Assembly (NCBI GenBank): GCA_046758705.1
Contig: JBHIAT010000047.1
Span: forward strand, 1-21,742
DNA from: Candidatus Bipolaricaulia bacterium
GTDB lineage: Bacteria; Bipolaricaulota; Bipolaricaulia; JBHIAT01
DNA length: 21,742 nucleotides
Reading direction: 5' to 3'
Shown here: piece after piece, positions 1 through 9,537 of the stretch
Layout of the letters: the number at the start of each line of letters is the position of its first letter
Position numbering within the stretch: position 1 is the first letter of the stretch
Translations under genes and position numbers: made by a program
The notes under the pieces: model-generated
The model's database searches: none
Seen by the model: the letters and a program-made list of their open reading frames with translations, nothing else
Told to the model about the DNA's origin: nothing

Positions 1-300
1 GTCTATGTGGTCACGACGTCTAACGCTGTCAAGGCGGCGAACATTCTGGAACATCCGGGAGTGGTGATTGCCCATCCGGATCCGCTTGATCCAGTGATCA
101 TCGAAGGTTGGGCCACGCCGGCGGATGTAGCCCGGCCGCGGTTGCGGCCCCTGTTCAAAGCTAAGTATGGATGGGATATCAACAGCAGCCCGGATTACGA
201 TGTCATTATCGAGATCACTCCGACCAAGCTGCTGGCCTGGGGGAATCATGGTGAAGGGCGCTGGCCAGGGACGGAGGTGCTGCGCGTCCGGTCCCCCTGA
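1..300 (+). CDS. Pyridoxamine 5'-phosphate oxidase-like (split-barrel flavin/F420-binding) protein, 5'-truncated by the window edge
   Basis: Frame is open from base 1 (VYVVTTSNAVKAANILEHPGVVI...VIIEGWA...KAKYGWD...IEITPTKLLAW). The K..N....P.V, V.IEG.A and I.P.K...W pattern is typical of PPOX-class proteins. TGA at 298-300. Confidence 0.7.
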   Translation, partial: VYVVTTSNAVKAANILEHPGVVIAHPDPLDPVIIEGWATPADVARPRLRPLFKAKYGWDINSSPDYDVIIEITPTKLLAWGNHGEGRWPGTEVLRVRSP

Positions 301-307
301 TGAGAGA

Positions 308-811
308 ATGATAGATCCGAGTTACCTGAACGTCCTCCGCAAGATATATGCTCGACTGAATGACAGCGACATGAATTGGGTGGTCACCGGCAGCCTCGGT
401 TTTGCACTGCAAGGTGTGCTTGTTGAACCCAATGACATTGACATTCAAACCGATGAAGCGGGAGCCTATGAGATTGAGCGCTTCTTTTCCGAGTTTGTGA
501 TCCAGAAAGTCGCTTTCTCTTCTGCGGAGCGGATTCGTTCCTATTTCGGTGTGCTGATGATGGACGAAATCAAAGTGGAGATTATGGGAGACATACGGAA
601 GCGGCTTGAGGATGGGACTTGGGAGGATTCCGTGGATTTGAATCGCCATAAGCGGATTGTAGAAGTTGAGGGAATGCAAGTACCTGTCCTGTCTCTGGAG
701 TACGAGCATCAGGCGTATCTGAAGTTGGGCAGGGTAAACCAGGCAGAGATGTTGAGGAGATGGTTGACTCGGAGGGAATATGATGCAGAGCATCAAGACT
801 CTCACAGCTGA
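308..811 (+). CDS. Nucleotidyltransferase, pol-beta superfamily (aminoglycoside/lincosamide nucleotidyltransferase-like)
   Basis: ATG at 308, 7 bp after the previous stop. Motif WVVTGSLGFALQG...NDIDIQTD (GS plus DxD) and a later VEIMGD. The ORF-track start at 167 overlaps the upstream gene and is unlikely. Confidence 0.75.
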   Translation: MIDPSYLNVLRKIYARLNDSDMNWVVTGSLGFALQGVLVEPNDIDIQTDEAGAYEIERFFSEFVIQKVAFSSAERIRSYFGVLMMDEIKVEIMGDIRKRLEDGTWEDSVDLNRHKRIVEVEGMQVPVLSLEYEHQAYLKLGRVNQAEMLRRWLTRREYDAEHQDSHS

Positions 812-861
812 GACAGTGTTCACTGCCCAAAGAGAAGATCTGTCTTGATAAGGAGGTGTCG

Positions 862-1833
862 GTGTCCGCGATGAAGCCGATTGAACCCATCCCGGTTGAG
901 GAAATTCGCGCCGCCCAAGAGCGGATCGCCGGTGCTGTCATTCGTACCTCACTCGTCCGCCTGAACGTCGAGGATGCGCCCGCGGAGATCTTCCTCAAGC
1001 TGGAAAACTTACAACCGATCGGCTCGTTCAAAATACGTGGGGCCGGCAATGTGATGCTCCTGACCGACAAGAAGCAACTGGACAAGGGGGTGTGGACCTC
1101 CAGTGCCGGTAATATGGCACAAGGTGTAGCCTGGTGGGCTCGTCGGCTGGGGGTGGAATGCACCGTCGTCGTGCCCGACAACGCCCCTGCTACGAAGCTA
1201 GCTGCGATCGAGCGTTTGGGGGCCAAGTTTGTCAAAGAGCCGATTGCCGATTGGCTGGAGATCTTTCGCACCCGTCACCACGAGAAGGTCGAGGGTCTGT
1301 ACATCCATGCGTTTAGCGATCCGGCGGTCATGGCCGGCAACGGCACCATCGGTCTCGAAATCCTGGAGGATCTGCCCGACGTGGACTCGGTCGTCATCCC
1401 TTACGGCGGTGGTGGCCTGAGTTGTGGAATTGCCTCGGCTTTTCGCGCCCTTAAGCCGGACGTTAAGGTGTACGCCAGTGAGGTGGACACGGGAGCCCCC
1501 CTGGCTGCGTCGTTTGCTGTCGGCGAGTCTGTGAAGGTCGACTACACGCCCAGCTTTGTGGACGGCATCAGTGCCCCGTTCCTGTTCCCCGAGATGTGGC
1601 AGTTGACCCGCCGACTGCTGGATGGCTCATTGGTCGTATCACTGGATGAGGTGGCTGCTGCTATACGCATGCTGATGGAACGCAATCACGTGATCGCCGA
1701 AGGTGCAGGGGCATCATCGGTCGCTGCTACACTGGCGGGCAAAGCTGGCAATGGGAAGGTAGTGTGTGTGGTCTCCGGCGGAAATATCGACGCGAGAAAA
1801 CTGGAAAAGATCCTTCAAGGTGAAGTACCGTAG
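862..1833 (+). CDS. PLP-dependent threonine/serine dehydratase (fold type II; serine racemase-like, no regulatory domain)
   Basis: KLENLQPIGSFKIRGA (PLP lysine), SAGNMAQG, PYGGGGL, EGAGA, VSGGN. SD AGGAGG at 851-856 fits GTG 862; ATG 871 is the alternative start. Confidence 0.9.
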   Translation: MSAMKPIEPIPVEEIRAAQERIAGAVIRTSLVRLNVEDAPAEIFLKLENLQPIGSFKIRGAGNVMLLTDKKQLDKGVWTSSAGNMAQGVAWWARRLGVECTVVVPDNAPATKLAAIERLGAKFVKEPIADWLEIFRTRHHEKVEGLYIHAFSDPAVMAGNGTIGLEILEDLPDVDSVVIPYGGGGLSCGIASAFRALKPDVKVYASEVDTGAPLAASFAVGESVKVDYTPSFVDGISAPFLFPEMWQLTRRLLDGSLVVSLDEVAAAIRMLMERNHVIAEGAGASSVAATLAGKAGNGKVVCVVSGGNIDARKLEKILQGEVP

Positions 1834-1895
1834 TTGAACGTGAGTCGAGGGTGTTCTGCGTGGAAAGCGGTTTCAGATAGAGGGAGGAGAAGAGG

Positions 1896-2801
1896 ATGGA
1901 GCGTAGGAGGCTGGGCCGTACACGTCTCTTGGTAAGTCGTCTGGGAGCTGGTCTGTCAGAGATCGGATATCAGTTGACGCTGGGCGATGAGGTCCAGGCA
2001 GCCCACATGCTTAACTGGGCGCTCGATGGCGGGATCAACTTCCTGGACACCAGCGCCTGTTACGGTATCAGCGAAGAGCTGATCGGACGTACCATTTCGC
2101 ATCGGCGCCGGGAGTGCATCCTGGCTACGAAGTGCGGCCATGTCACCGGCGGTTACCAGGGTGAGGAGTGGAGTGCGCAGACGATCAAAGACAGCATCGA
2201 CCGCAGCTTGGTCCGGATGAAGACCGACTATCTGGATCTGGTACAGCTGCACTCCTGTGAGGTGGAGGTCTTGGAACGAGGCGAGGTGATCCAGGCGCTG
2301 CTGGACACCAAACAGGCTGGCAAGACCCGCTTTATCGGCTACAGCGGAGACAATGAGGCCGCTGAGTGGGCGGCAAGGAGCGGCATATTCGACACCCTCC
2401 AGACCAGCTTCAACCTGGTCGACCAACGGGCCCGCACCCACCTGTTTTCCCTAGCGAGGGCCCATGGCATGGGTATCATTGTCAAGCGTCCGATCGCCAA
2501 CGGAGCTTGGGGGGTATCCACAAAACCTAGGCCGTATGCCGATGAGTACTTCGAGCGGGCACAGGTGATGGAGAAGATGGGTCCGATCCCAGGTGCCCCC
2601 GAGAATGACATTCTGCTGGCGCTGGGGTTCACCCTGGCTCACGAAGTGGTCGATACGGCGATCGTCGGTACGCGCAACCCTGAGCACATGCAGGCGAACA
2701 TCGATTGGGTCGAAACCAAGCTGCCGATTTCCAGACAAGTGGTCAGAGAGTTGCATCGCCGTTTTGAACGGGCCGGACAGAATTGGGTGCAGTTGACTTG
2801 A
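1896..2801 (+). CDS. Aldo/keto reductase
   Basis: RRLGRT.L.VSRLG, GINFLDTSACYGISEELIG, LATKCG, SLVRMKTDYLDLVQLH, GKTRFIGYS, AIVGTRNPEH. Purine-rich SD upstream (GGAGGAAGAGG). Confidence 0.93.
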   Translation: MERRRLGRTRLLVSRLGAGLSEIGYQLTLGDEVQAAHMLNWALDGGINFLDTSACYGISEELIGRTISHRRRECILATKCGHVTGGYQGEEWSAQTIKDSIDRSLVRMKTDYLDLVQLHSCEVEVLERGEVIQALLDTKQAGKTRFIGYSGDNEAAEWAARSGIFDTLQTSFNLVDQRARTHLFSLARAHGMGIIVKRPIANGAWGVSTKPRPYADEYFERAQVMEKMGPIPGAPENDILLALGFTLAHEVVDTAIVGTRNPEHMQANIDWVETKLPISRQVVRELHRRFERAGQNWVQLT

Positions 2802-2832
2802 TCCACAAAGCCGGAGGTCGACTCAAGGGTTG

Positions 2833-2862
2833 TTGACTTTCTTGAACGAGATCTGCTATGCT
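2833..2862 (+). promoter_or_regulatory. Putative sigma70-type promoter for the OsmC-family gene
   Basis: TTGACT (2833-2838), 18 bp spacer, TGc-TATGCT extended -10 (2857-2862). Confidence 0.5.
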
Positions 2863-2918
2863 GCCTCAGGTGCAAAACACATAGCTGGAGGAATCTGGTC
2901 CAACAGATTAACAAACCC

Positions 2919-3353
2919 ATGCCTGAACTCCGTGTCGAAGTACAGCAAATAGAGCAAACGCCCACATCAGAGGGCATCGCACGCCAACATCGCGTCCTGG
3001 TCGATCGCCCCAAGGATAAAGGCGGGTTAGATCAAGGGCCATTGGGCGGCGAGATGCTGTTGCTCGCCCAGGGTGGATGCTTCATGAGCAACCTGATTGC
3101 CGCGGCGAAGGCTCGTGATATTAGCGTAACCGACTTGAAGGTGATTGTGCGCGGTGAAATGGGCGGCAATCCAGAGCACTTCGAGTCGGTGGTCGTTGAG
3201 GTTCACGGCATCTGGCCCAGCGAGGCAGCGATGGAGAAGGTGATCACTATCGCTACACGCAGCTGTATCGTGACCAACACGCTCAGAACCTGCGTACAGC
3301 TTGACATACAGCCACGGGGGAAGATCAGCTCGAGCTCGGCCAGAGATACATGA
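2919..3353 (+). CDS. OsmC/Ohr family protein
   Basis: VDRPKDKGGLDQGPLGGEMLLLAQGGCF...ATRSCIVTNTL: the D.P...GG...G.P..E.LL...GC motif and second conserved Cys of OsmC-like proteins. Confidence 0.85.
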   Translation: MPELRVEVQQIEQTPTSEGIARQHRVLVDRPKDKGGLDQGPLGGEMLLLAQGGCFMSNLIAAAKARDISVTDLKVIVRGEMGGNPEHFESVVVEVHGIWPSEAAMEKVITIATRSCIVTNTLRTCVQLDIQPRGKISSSSARDT

Positions 3354-3426
3354 GGTCACGGCCAGACACCCGAACCCTTCTGAACTCCCTGTAGTCTTTG
3401 GGGCATTTGATATAGGAGAATTCCAA

Positions 3427-3455
3427 TTGACTGGGTGAAAACCTGCCCATATAAT
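3427..3455 (+). promoter_or_regulatory. Near-consensus sigma70 promoter
   Basis: TTGACT (3427-3432), 17 bp spacer, TATAAT (3450-3455), upstream of the SD and ATG 3498. Confidence 0.75.
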
Positions 3456-3497
3456 GGTTCACCACAGCAATTTGACCCAGAGAAAGGAGGAGATCTC

Positions 3498-3809
3498 ATG
3501 AGATTTCTCATCGTGACAAAATCCAGACAGCCGGCCCCGCCAGAGATGGCAGAAGCTCTCATGGATGCCATGGGACTATGGCAAGATAAATACGCTGGGA
3601 AGATCGAACAGTCCTGGGCATTTGCGGGAGTTCAGGGGGGCGGAGGGATTGCCAATGTGGAGTCCTTGGAAGAACTGGACGCTATGATGGCTGAGTTCCC
3701 ATTTCTCGCCTTCTCCGATGTCCAGATCTACGGCTTGGTCGACCTGGATGGTGCTCTTCAGCGTGCCAGGCAGGCTTTCCAGGCGATGGCCGAAGGAATG
3801 GGTGGCTAA
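3498..3809 (+). CDS. Small dimeric alpha/beta-barrel protein (DUF3303 / muconolactone isomerase-like)
   Basis: SD AAAGGAGG at 3483-3490, ATG 3498. MRFLIV...GKIEQSWAFAG..GGGGIANVESLEELDAMMAEFPF..FSDVQIYGL resembles this fold family. Confidence 0.65.
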   Translation: MRFLIVTKSRQPAPPEMAEALMDAMGLWQDKYAGKIEQSWAFAGVQGGGGIANVESLEELDAMMAEFPFLAFSDVQIYGLVDLDGALQRARQAFQAMAEGMGG

Positions 3810-3823
3810 GCTAAGTCGCGGCC

Positions 3824-5041
3824 CTAGCTCTGTGCTTGCCGGAAGTCGGCGCTCAGTTCGCCACGGAACGCCCGTGCCAGCACGGACTGGGTGAGTTGCT
3901 CCACACGACTTTTTGCCTCCTCGACCCGTTGCTCTACCGTATCGGCGAAGTTGAACAGCTCCTCAACACGATCGACGATCTCCTGTTGTTCAGGGACAGG
4001 AGGAAGGGGGACGGGGAACCGGGCCAGTTGATCGAAGCTCACCCGTGGATGTTGCACCCCGCTCATATGTTGATGGGCATAGGCGACGAATTTTCTTGTG
4101 GTGAGCAGCCTCAGTAGATAGCGGTTGACCATACCGGGCCCACATGAAAAGACCAGAATATCTGTGGAGCAGATCCCATCGAAATCTGGAATGCACACTT
4201 TATTCAAATAAGGGCGTAGCTTTCCATAAAGTATATCGCCTTTTCTGAACCGGGTTTTGGTGCTGCTCACCTCAGCGGCCCGTCCTGGGGCTTTGATCTT
4301 TGTGGTATGGGGCTCTATGTGTGCCAATCCGATGTATGGCTCGTCGGGCAACTCCTTGGGATTGACCCGTTCATTGGATAATTCCACTAACTGACCCAAT
4401 TTCATCTGGGCCCACCCGTTGGGTCGATGCTGATTCTCTCTCCACTCAGCGGTCAGCGCTCCGGAGAACGCCTGTTTCAGGATCGCCTCGCGGAAGCGCT
4501 TCATCATCGTTTGAGAGACGTTCTCCAGCTTCTCGGTTACACTTCTCACCCGATCCAGCAGCGCCTCCACCCGCACCACAATGAGGCGCTGTTCGAGGAG
4601 CGGTGGAACGGGAACGGGTAAGGACTCTAGAGAATCTCTTTTAAGATGCGGAATGCCGACCCCTCTCACGTTACGATTTAAGTCCTCATAATGGAAGGAC
4701 AAGAACCGATAGAGGAAGTGTGGATCTATGATGGGTTTCGGTCGCAATGCGCAAAGGGTCGATCCAATGTAACCCTCAAGCCCGATCGCGCACAACCCCG
4801 CGCGAGCTCCGTCCCAAACCATCAGGATGTCATCCTGTTCACATTGGGGACAGGTCTCATCGTCCGTGAATTTCTTGTAGATTCCGTCGAAGGATTCGAT
4901 CAGGATATAGGGCAGGCAATTTTCTCTCGGGTCTTCATAAATGACTCGAGGCTTTGTGCCCTTTTGAAACTCGCAAATGCTTCCTAACCTGCGCCACGTC
5001 CATCCTTCCGGCAGGTCACCGGGTGGGAGGTCGTTCCTCAC
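3824..5041 (-). CDS. hsdS: Type I restriction-modification specificity subunit with two TRDs
   Basis: Internal duplication: LPEGWTWRRLG / PNGWAQMKLG, VPVPPLLEQRLIV / VPLPPVPEQQEIV, ILKQAFSGALTAEWR / VLARAFRGELSADFR. GTGA 4-bp overlap with the hsdM stop. Confidence 0.95.
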   Translation of the reverse strand: MRNDLPPGDLPEGWTWRRLGSICEFQKGTKPRVIYEDPRENCLPYILIESFDGIYKKFTDDETCPQCEQDDILMVWDGARAGLCAIGLEGYIGSTLCALRPKPIIDPHFLYRFLSFHYEDLNRNVRGVGIPHLKRDSLESLPVPVPPLLEQRLIVVRVEALLDRVRSVTEKLENVSQTMMKRFREAILKQAFSGALTAEWRENQHRPNGWAQMKLGQLVELSNERVNPKELPDEPYIGLAHIEPHTTKIKAPGRAAEVSSTKTRFRKGDILYGKLRPYLNKVCIPDFDGICSTDILVFSCGPGMVNRYLLRLLTTRKFVAYAHQHMSGVQHPRVSFDQLARFPVPLPPVPEQQEIVDRVEELFNFADTVEQRVEEAKSRVEQLTQSVLARAFRGELSADFRQAQS

Positions 5042-6447
5042 CGTTCCTCACCTTGTTCACTTTCCCAGAACCTCAATAGCCGTTGCAGTTCTCCCACAGC
5101 GGCTTCGAGGTGTGACAGAGCCTCTGAGGCTAAATCTTCCGGTTCCGGCAGGTTTTCCATTGAGGCATCGGTGAGCCAGACGATGTCGAGGTTGTAATTT
5201 CGTTCGTTGATCTCGCTGATGGGAAACTTTCTGAACCGCTCGCATCGCTGTGCCATCTGCTCACGATGCTCGAGGGCGTTCAGGCTGGAGACCGCCGGGT
5301 CATCGCCGTAACAGGCTTCAAATTCGGCAAAGTGCTGCGACGTTAACGGCCGTTCCCTTTTGGTGACCGGGGGGACCTGGGTTCGTGCATCATAGATCCA
5401 CACGTTCTCCGTGGGGCGGCCCTGGGTGAAGAAGATCACGTTCGCATTCACGCCGGGGGCGTAGGGGGTGAACGTGCCTCTGGGGAGTCTCAGGATGGTG
5501 TGCAGGTTGCACTCCTCCATCAGGCCATCGAAGAGTTGAGCCGCCTGCCTGGCAAACAGGCAGTTATCTGGCAGCACGATGGCCGCTCGCCCCCCGGGCT
5601 TGAGGATCGTCATCAGGTGTTGGACGAAGTTGAGTTGCTTGTTGGAGGTCCTCATCCTGAAGTCGTCCCGCTCCGGGGCCTGATCCGCTCCTCGCGTGCC
5701 GAAGGGCGGATTGGTGAGCACGACGTCAAACCGCTCCCCGCTATCCGGCTCATAGAGGGAATCTCCTAAACGGATCTTTCCCTCGATACCGTGTAGGAAG
5801 AGGTTCATCAATGCCAAGCGCCGCGGTCGGGGCACGAGTTCCGTGCCGTAGTAGGTCCATTTTCGAATGCGTTCACCGTCTGCTTGGGACTGCTCCATCA
5901 ACCATTCGTAGGCGGCCACGAGAAAGCCGCCGGTGCCGCAGGCCGGATCGCAGAGGGTGAAGTCCCGGTGGGCTCTTGGGTCGGGTTTCATCACCCGGAC
6001 GATGGATTGAATGAGGACGCGCGGTGTGAAGTACTGCCCGGCCCCTTTCTTGCCCTCGGAGGCCGCCTTCTCTAAAAGTCCCTCATAAGCTTGGGCTTTC
6101 ACATCCACATCCAGGGATGTCCATTCCAGTTCGTCGATGAGCCGAACGAGCTTGTTCAAATTTGCCGGATTTTGAAATCGAGAGATGGCCCCGGTGAAGA
6201 TGTCGCCCAGCAGGCCGGGTTCGTTACTGAGCCTGCTCAGCAGCGCCTGGTAATCTTCGGTTCGCTGGAGGCTGGATTTCCCTTTGAGGCTCTGCCAATC
6301 GCAGCCATCAGGGAGAGAAAGGCTCCGCTCATCGGCCATCTTCAGGAATAGCAGGTAGGTGATCTGCTCGATGTAGTCCCCGTAGTCGATGCCGTCGTGC
6401 CTTAAGGTGTGGCAAAAGCCCCACAGTTTGCCTGTGATGTCTATCAT
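5038..6447 (-). CDS. hsdM: Type I restriction-modification N6-adenine methyltransferase subunit (EcoKI-like)
   Basis: KLWGFCHTLRHDGIDYGDYIEQITYLLFLKM N-terminus, GQYFTPR, motif I DPACGTGGFL, motif IV TNPPFG, GGRAAIVLPDN. Confidence 0.96.
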   Translation of the reverse strand: MIDITGKLWGFCHTLRHDGIDYGDYIEQITYLLFLKMADERSLSLPDGCDWQSLKGKSSLQRTEDYQALLSRLSNEPGLLGDIFTGAISRFQNPANLNKLVRLIDELEWTSLDVDVKAQAYEGLLEKAASEGKKGAGQYFTPRVLIQSIVRVMKPDPRAHRDFTLCDPACGTGGFLVAAYEWLMEQSQADGERIRKWTYYGTELVPRPRRLALMNLFLHGIEGKIRLGDSLYEPDSGERFDVVLTNPPFGTRGADQAPERDDFRMRTSNKQLNFVQHLMTILKPGGRAAIVLPDNCLFARQAAQLFDGLMEECNLHTILRLPRGTFTPYAPGVNANVIFFTQGRPTENVWIYDARTQVPPVTKRERPLTSQHFAEFEACYGDDPAVSSLNALEHREQMAQRCERFRKFPISEINERNYNLDIVWLTDASMENLPEPEDLASEALSHLEAAVGELQRLLRFWESEQGEER

Positions 6448-6473
6448 ACTTCGTTGAGCGAGGCGTTACCCGC

Positions 6474-7403
6474 CTACGTAAAGCTATGCAGGCTGGCGAC
6501 GAAGTAGTTGATCCCAACCCAGGCGTAGAGGACGGCCAGGTATCCGGCGATCCCGAGCCACGCCACCTTGAGATCCTTCCAGCCCCACCGGAACCGAGCG
6601 TGCAGGTAGACGGCATAGACGAGCCAGGCGGCCAACATCGCCGTCTCCTTGGGGTCCCACTCCCAGTAGGCCCCCCATGCCTGCTTCGCCCAGATGCCGC
6701 CAAGGACAAGTCCACCGATCCCATAGAACGGGAAGCCCAGTGCAATCGCCCGGTAGCTCATCTGCTCGATCTTCTTGAGCAGGGACTCCTGCTTCCCCCG
6801 GCGGCGCGCCCACAGGAACAGGGCGTTGGCCCCGAACCCGACGGTGAAGAACCCGAACCCAACCACCATAAACAGGACGTGGATCACCAACCAGTAGCTC
6901 TGGAGTGACGGGACGACCGGGCGCACATCGGCCGGCGAGATCGACGGCGAGGCGGCGAACGACAGCATCACCAGCGCCGCGCCGGTGACGATCATCCCGA
7001 CCGGCTTGATGGGGTAGCGGCGCTCCATGATCAGGTAGATCAACGAGATGAGCCAGGCGAAGAAGGTGAGCGTCTCATAGGTGGTGGTCACCGGTAGGAA
7101 GACGGTGAGCGTCCATTCAGACGTCCGTCCCAGCTCGATCACCCGCATCACCACCCCGATGGTCGCGATCGTGACCGCCACCCAGCCCGTCCGGGTGGCG
7201 AGTTTTCCCCAGGCTATCCGGCCGGCGGTCACCGTACTTTCAGCGGTGATCCCCAGGCGTCTGCTATCATTCCCGCGTTGAGCCTCTGCCTCTGCCTCCG
7301 CCTTCGCTCCGCCGAGCACCACATGGAACAGATAGAAGAGAAAGCTGAGAAAGTAGCCGATCGTCCCCAGGTAAAAGAAGAACACACTGTCCACCATCGT
7401 CAT
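6474..7403 (-). CDS. ccsA: Cytochrome c biogenesis protein CcsA/ResC (System II heme lyase)
   Basis: PSLQSYWLVIHV, WWD domain GGIWAKQAWGAYWEWDPKET, YAVYLHAR, C-terminal SLHSF; multiple TM helices; ATGA overlap with resB. Confidence 0.95.
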   Translation of the reverse strand: MTMVDSVFFFYLGTIGYFLSFLFYLFHVVLGGAKAEAEAEAQRGNDSRRLGITAESTVTAGRIAWGKLATRTGWVAVTIATIGVVMRVIELGRTSEWTLTVFLPVTTTYETLTFFAWLISLIYLIMERRYPIKPVGMIVTGAALVMLSFAASPSISPADVRPVVPSLQSYWLVIHVLFMVVGFGFFTVGFGANALFLWARRRGKQESLLKKIEQMSYRAIALGFPFYGIGGLVLGGIWAKQAWGAYWEWDPKETAMLAAWLVYAVYLHARFRWGWKDLKVAWLGIAGYLAVLYAWVGINYFVASLHSFT

Positions 7404-8839
7404 TCCCTCCTTGAGATCTCAGGTTCAGCTGTCTTTAATGCTTCTACAATCTCTTCGAACTCCTCCTCGAACTCGGTCGGGTCTTTGCGCGCCTTAGCGC
7501 CGATCAGCATCCTACCATCTCCGAAGTGGACCCAGACCATCTTGTGTTTGAAGTACAGGTGGGCCAGGATGCCGATGATCATCAGGATGAAGCCAGTATA
7601 GGCGATCGGCAGCCCTGGGTCGTGGTTGATCTCGATGCCGGTGAACTCATCGGCTCGCATCCCGACGATCTGGAACCGATAGGGAAGGTCCGGGCCGTGT
7701 TGTGCCATCAGCATCTGCATATCCGGACGGGTGAACGACCAGGTTCTGAACATGAACTCGCCCTCACCGTCATAGACCTCAAGGTAGGCGGCCGGGTTGA
7801 TCAGCCGCTGGGTACGGCTGTACGCTCGTCCGTCTTCGGAAAGGGCAAAATCCGGTAGGAACGCTCTGAATGCCACGATCACCGCTTCGTCTGAGACCGG
7901 AAAACCGGTTCCCACCTTCACCCCCTCGAACTCACCGATCTCGGTCCCGTTGTTGTCCTCCATGAGAAAGCTGAGGTAGGACGCTCCCTGCCAGTCGCTC
8001 CCGAACGCCGACTGGTAGAAGCTGATTCCCTTGTAGGTGAGTGGGTGGTTCACTTCGATCGTTTGCGTCAGCACCTCCCTATCGTCTTCCAGGACGGTGA
8101 GTTGCGTGTGCCAGTCCATCACCTGCTCGGAGTCCTTGTAGTTCTCGCTCCAGAAGTTATCGACCCGGATGGAAAACCCCCGCGGTGCTTGAATGATATC
8201 ACCACGATAAGCGATCTGGAGCGTCTCGAACTTGAACGCACCGGTGATCGCCAACCCGATGGTCAGCGCCAGCAGGCCGACGTGAAATACATCGATCCCG
8301 AACCGCTCCCAGCGCCACTTCTCAGCGAGGAGTTGGCCATCGACCTCACGCACTCGGTAGTGTCTAGATCGCAACGCCGCCTTGATCCGATCTTTGACGG
8401 CCTCCGGCGCCAGGTCGTTGAAGGCAACCTGTTCATGGAGATTCATCCGCTCGATCGCCCGTGGCGTTTTGCAAACCATCGGCCCATTGAAGTAGCGAAG
8501 CGAGGCCTTCAGCCGTTTGTAAGTGCAAGCGGTCAGGTTGATCGTGAACAGCAGCGCCACCATGTAAAAGTACCAGGTGTGAAAGATGTCGGTCAGGCCG
8601 AGCCGCTTGAGTGTCTGGTACTTAGCTAAACCGTAGCGGGCGATGGAGTCGACCTCACGGGTCATCGGTTCCTGAGGGATGAATGTGCTGATTATCCCGA
8701 TGACCACGATCAGAGAGATCAACACGATCGCCAGTCGCACTGAGATAAAAAACCGCCACAGTCGGCTTCCGTTCCCGCGTTGGTTTCGTTCCCGCTCGCT
8801 TACGGCGGTCGCCTCAGTGCTGTATCCGACCTCGCTCAT
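7400..8839 (-). CDS. resB: Cytochrome c biogenesis protein ResB/CcsB
   Basis: LWRFFISVRLAIVL...IISTFIPQ, LGLTDIFHTWYF, NLTACT, VFHVGLL, IEVNHPLTYKGISFYQSAF, HDPGLPIAYTGF. Confidence 0.93.
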   Translation of the reverse strand: MSEVGYSTEATAVSERERNQRGNGSRLWRFFISVRLAIVLISLIVVIGIISTFIPQEPMTREVDSIARYGLAKYQTLKRLGLTDIFHTWYFYMVALLFTINLTACTYKRLKASLRYFNGPMVCKTPRAIERMNLHEQVAFNDLAPEAVKDRIKAALRSRHYRVREVDGQLLAEKWRWERFGIDVFHVGLLALTIGLAITGAFKFETLQIAYRGDIIQAPRGFSIRVDNFWSENYKDSEQVMDWHTQLTVLEDDREVLTQTIEVNHPLTYKGISFYQSAFGSDWQGASYLSFLMEDNNGTEIGEFEGVKVGTGFPVSDEAVIVAFRAFLPDFALSEDGRAYSRTQRLINPAAYLEVYDGEGEFMFRTWSFTRPDMQMLMAQHGPDLPYRFQIVGMRADEFTGIEINHDPGLPIAYTGFILMIIGILAHLYFKHKMVWVHFGDGRMLIGAKARKDPTEFEEEFEEIVEALKTAEPEISRRE

Positions 8840-8859
8840 GCCCGATCACGACCCCTCGA

Positions 8860-9537
8860 TCATCTCGACTCCGACTCCAGAGCCCGAGTCGTCTTCTGGA
8901 ACGCGGCGACCATATCCTCGAAGTCCATCGCACCGTTCCACACACCGCGGATGATTCCGGCCTCATCGATGAAGAACGTGGTCGGGATACCGGTCATCCC
9001 GTACTGGACAAACACCTTCCCATCGGAGTCCAGCAGGTTGGGATAGCTGATGGCGAAATCATCAAGGAACGCCTGGGCATCCGCCGGCGACTCACCCCAA
9101 TCGACACCGATGAGGGTGATCCGATCACCGTACGCTTGATGGAACGCTTGAAGGTCAGGCATCTCCTTGCGGCATGGAGGACACCAGCTCGCCCAGAAGT
9201 TGAGCAGCACCGGCCGGCCACGCAGGTCGCTCAACCGCACTTCCCGGCCTTCCAGATCGGCGAGCGCAAAGTCGGGGGCGCGGAATCCGGGAACGGGGGC
9301 GGCCACCTCCGGGTTCAGTTCCTGGTCTTTATCGATGAACACCCCACGGCTCGTCCACAAGGTGAGTGAGTTGGTGTTTCGGACGGTCTCGCCGCGCAAC
9401 AGTCCCGCCGGGGTCGTGGGTTGCTTGTAAAAGAAGTACGAATAGGTGATCACGCCGAGCATGCCGATGCTGACGACAATGATCAGGATGACTATAACTC
9501 TCTTGAGCAGGCCTTTGCCCTGCCCCGCTTCTGTCAT
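8860..9537 (-). CDS. resA: Membrane-anchored TlpA/ResA thiol-disulfide reductase
   Basis: N-terminal TM helix; APDFALADLEG...LSDLRGRPVLLNFWASWCPPCRKEMP; GIPTTFFID; directly upstream of resB-ccsA. Confidence 0.9.
   Translation of the reverse strand: MTEAGQGKGLLKRVIVILIIVVSIGMLGVITYSYFFYKQPTTPAGLLRGETVRNTNSLTLWTSRGVFIDKDQELNPEVAAPVPGFRAPDFALADLEGREVRLSDLRGRPVLLNFWASWCPPCRKEMPDLQAFHQAYGDRITLIGVDWGESPADAQAFLDDFAISYPNLLDSDGKVFVQYGMTGIPTTFFIDEAGIIRGVWNGAMDFEDMVAAFQKTTRALESESR

Noticed and set aside
3824..5041. Phase-variable (invertible) hsdS locus
   Set aside because: Single hsdS, no silent TRD copies, no recombinase and no long inverted repeats seen.
7282..7303. GCCTCT-type hexamer repeat encoding KAEAEAEA in ccsA
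   Set aside because: Only three to four imperfect in-frame copies in a variable loop; it cannot cause phase variation.
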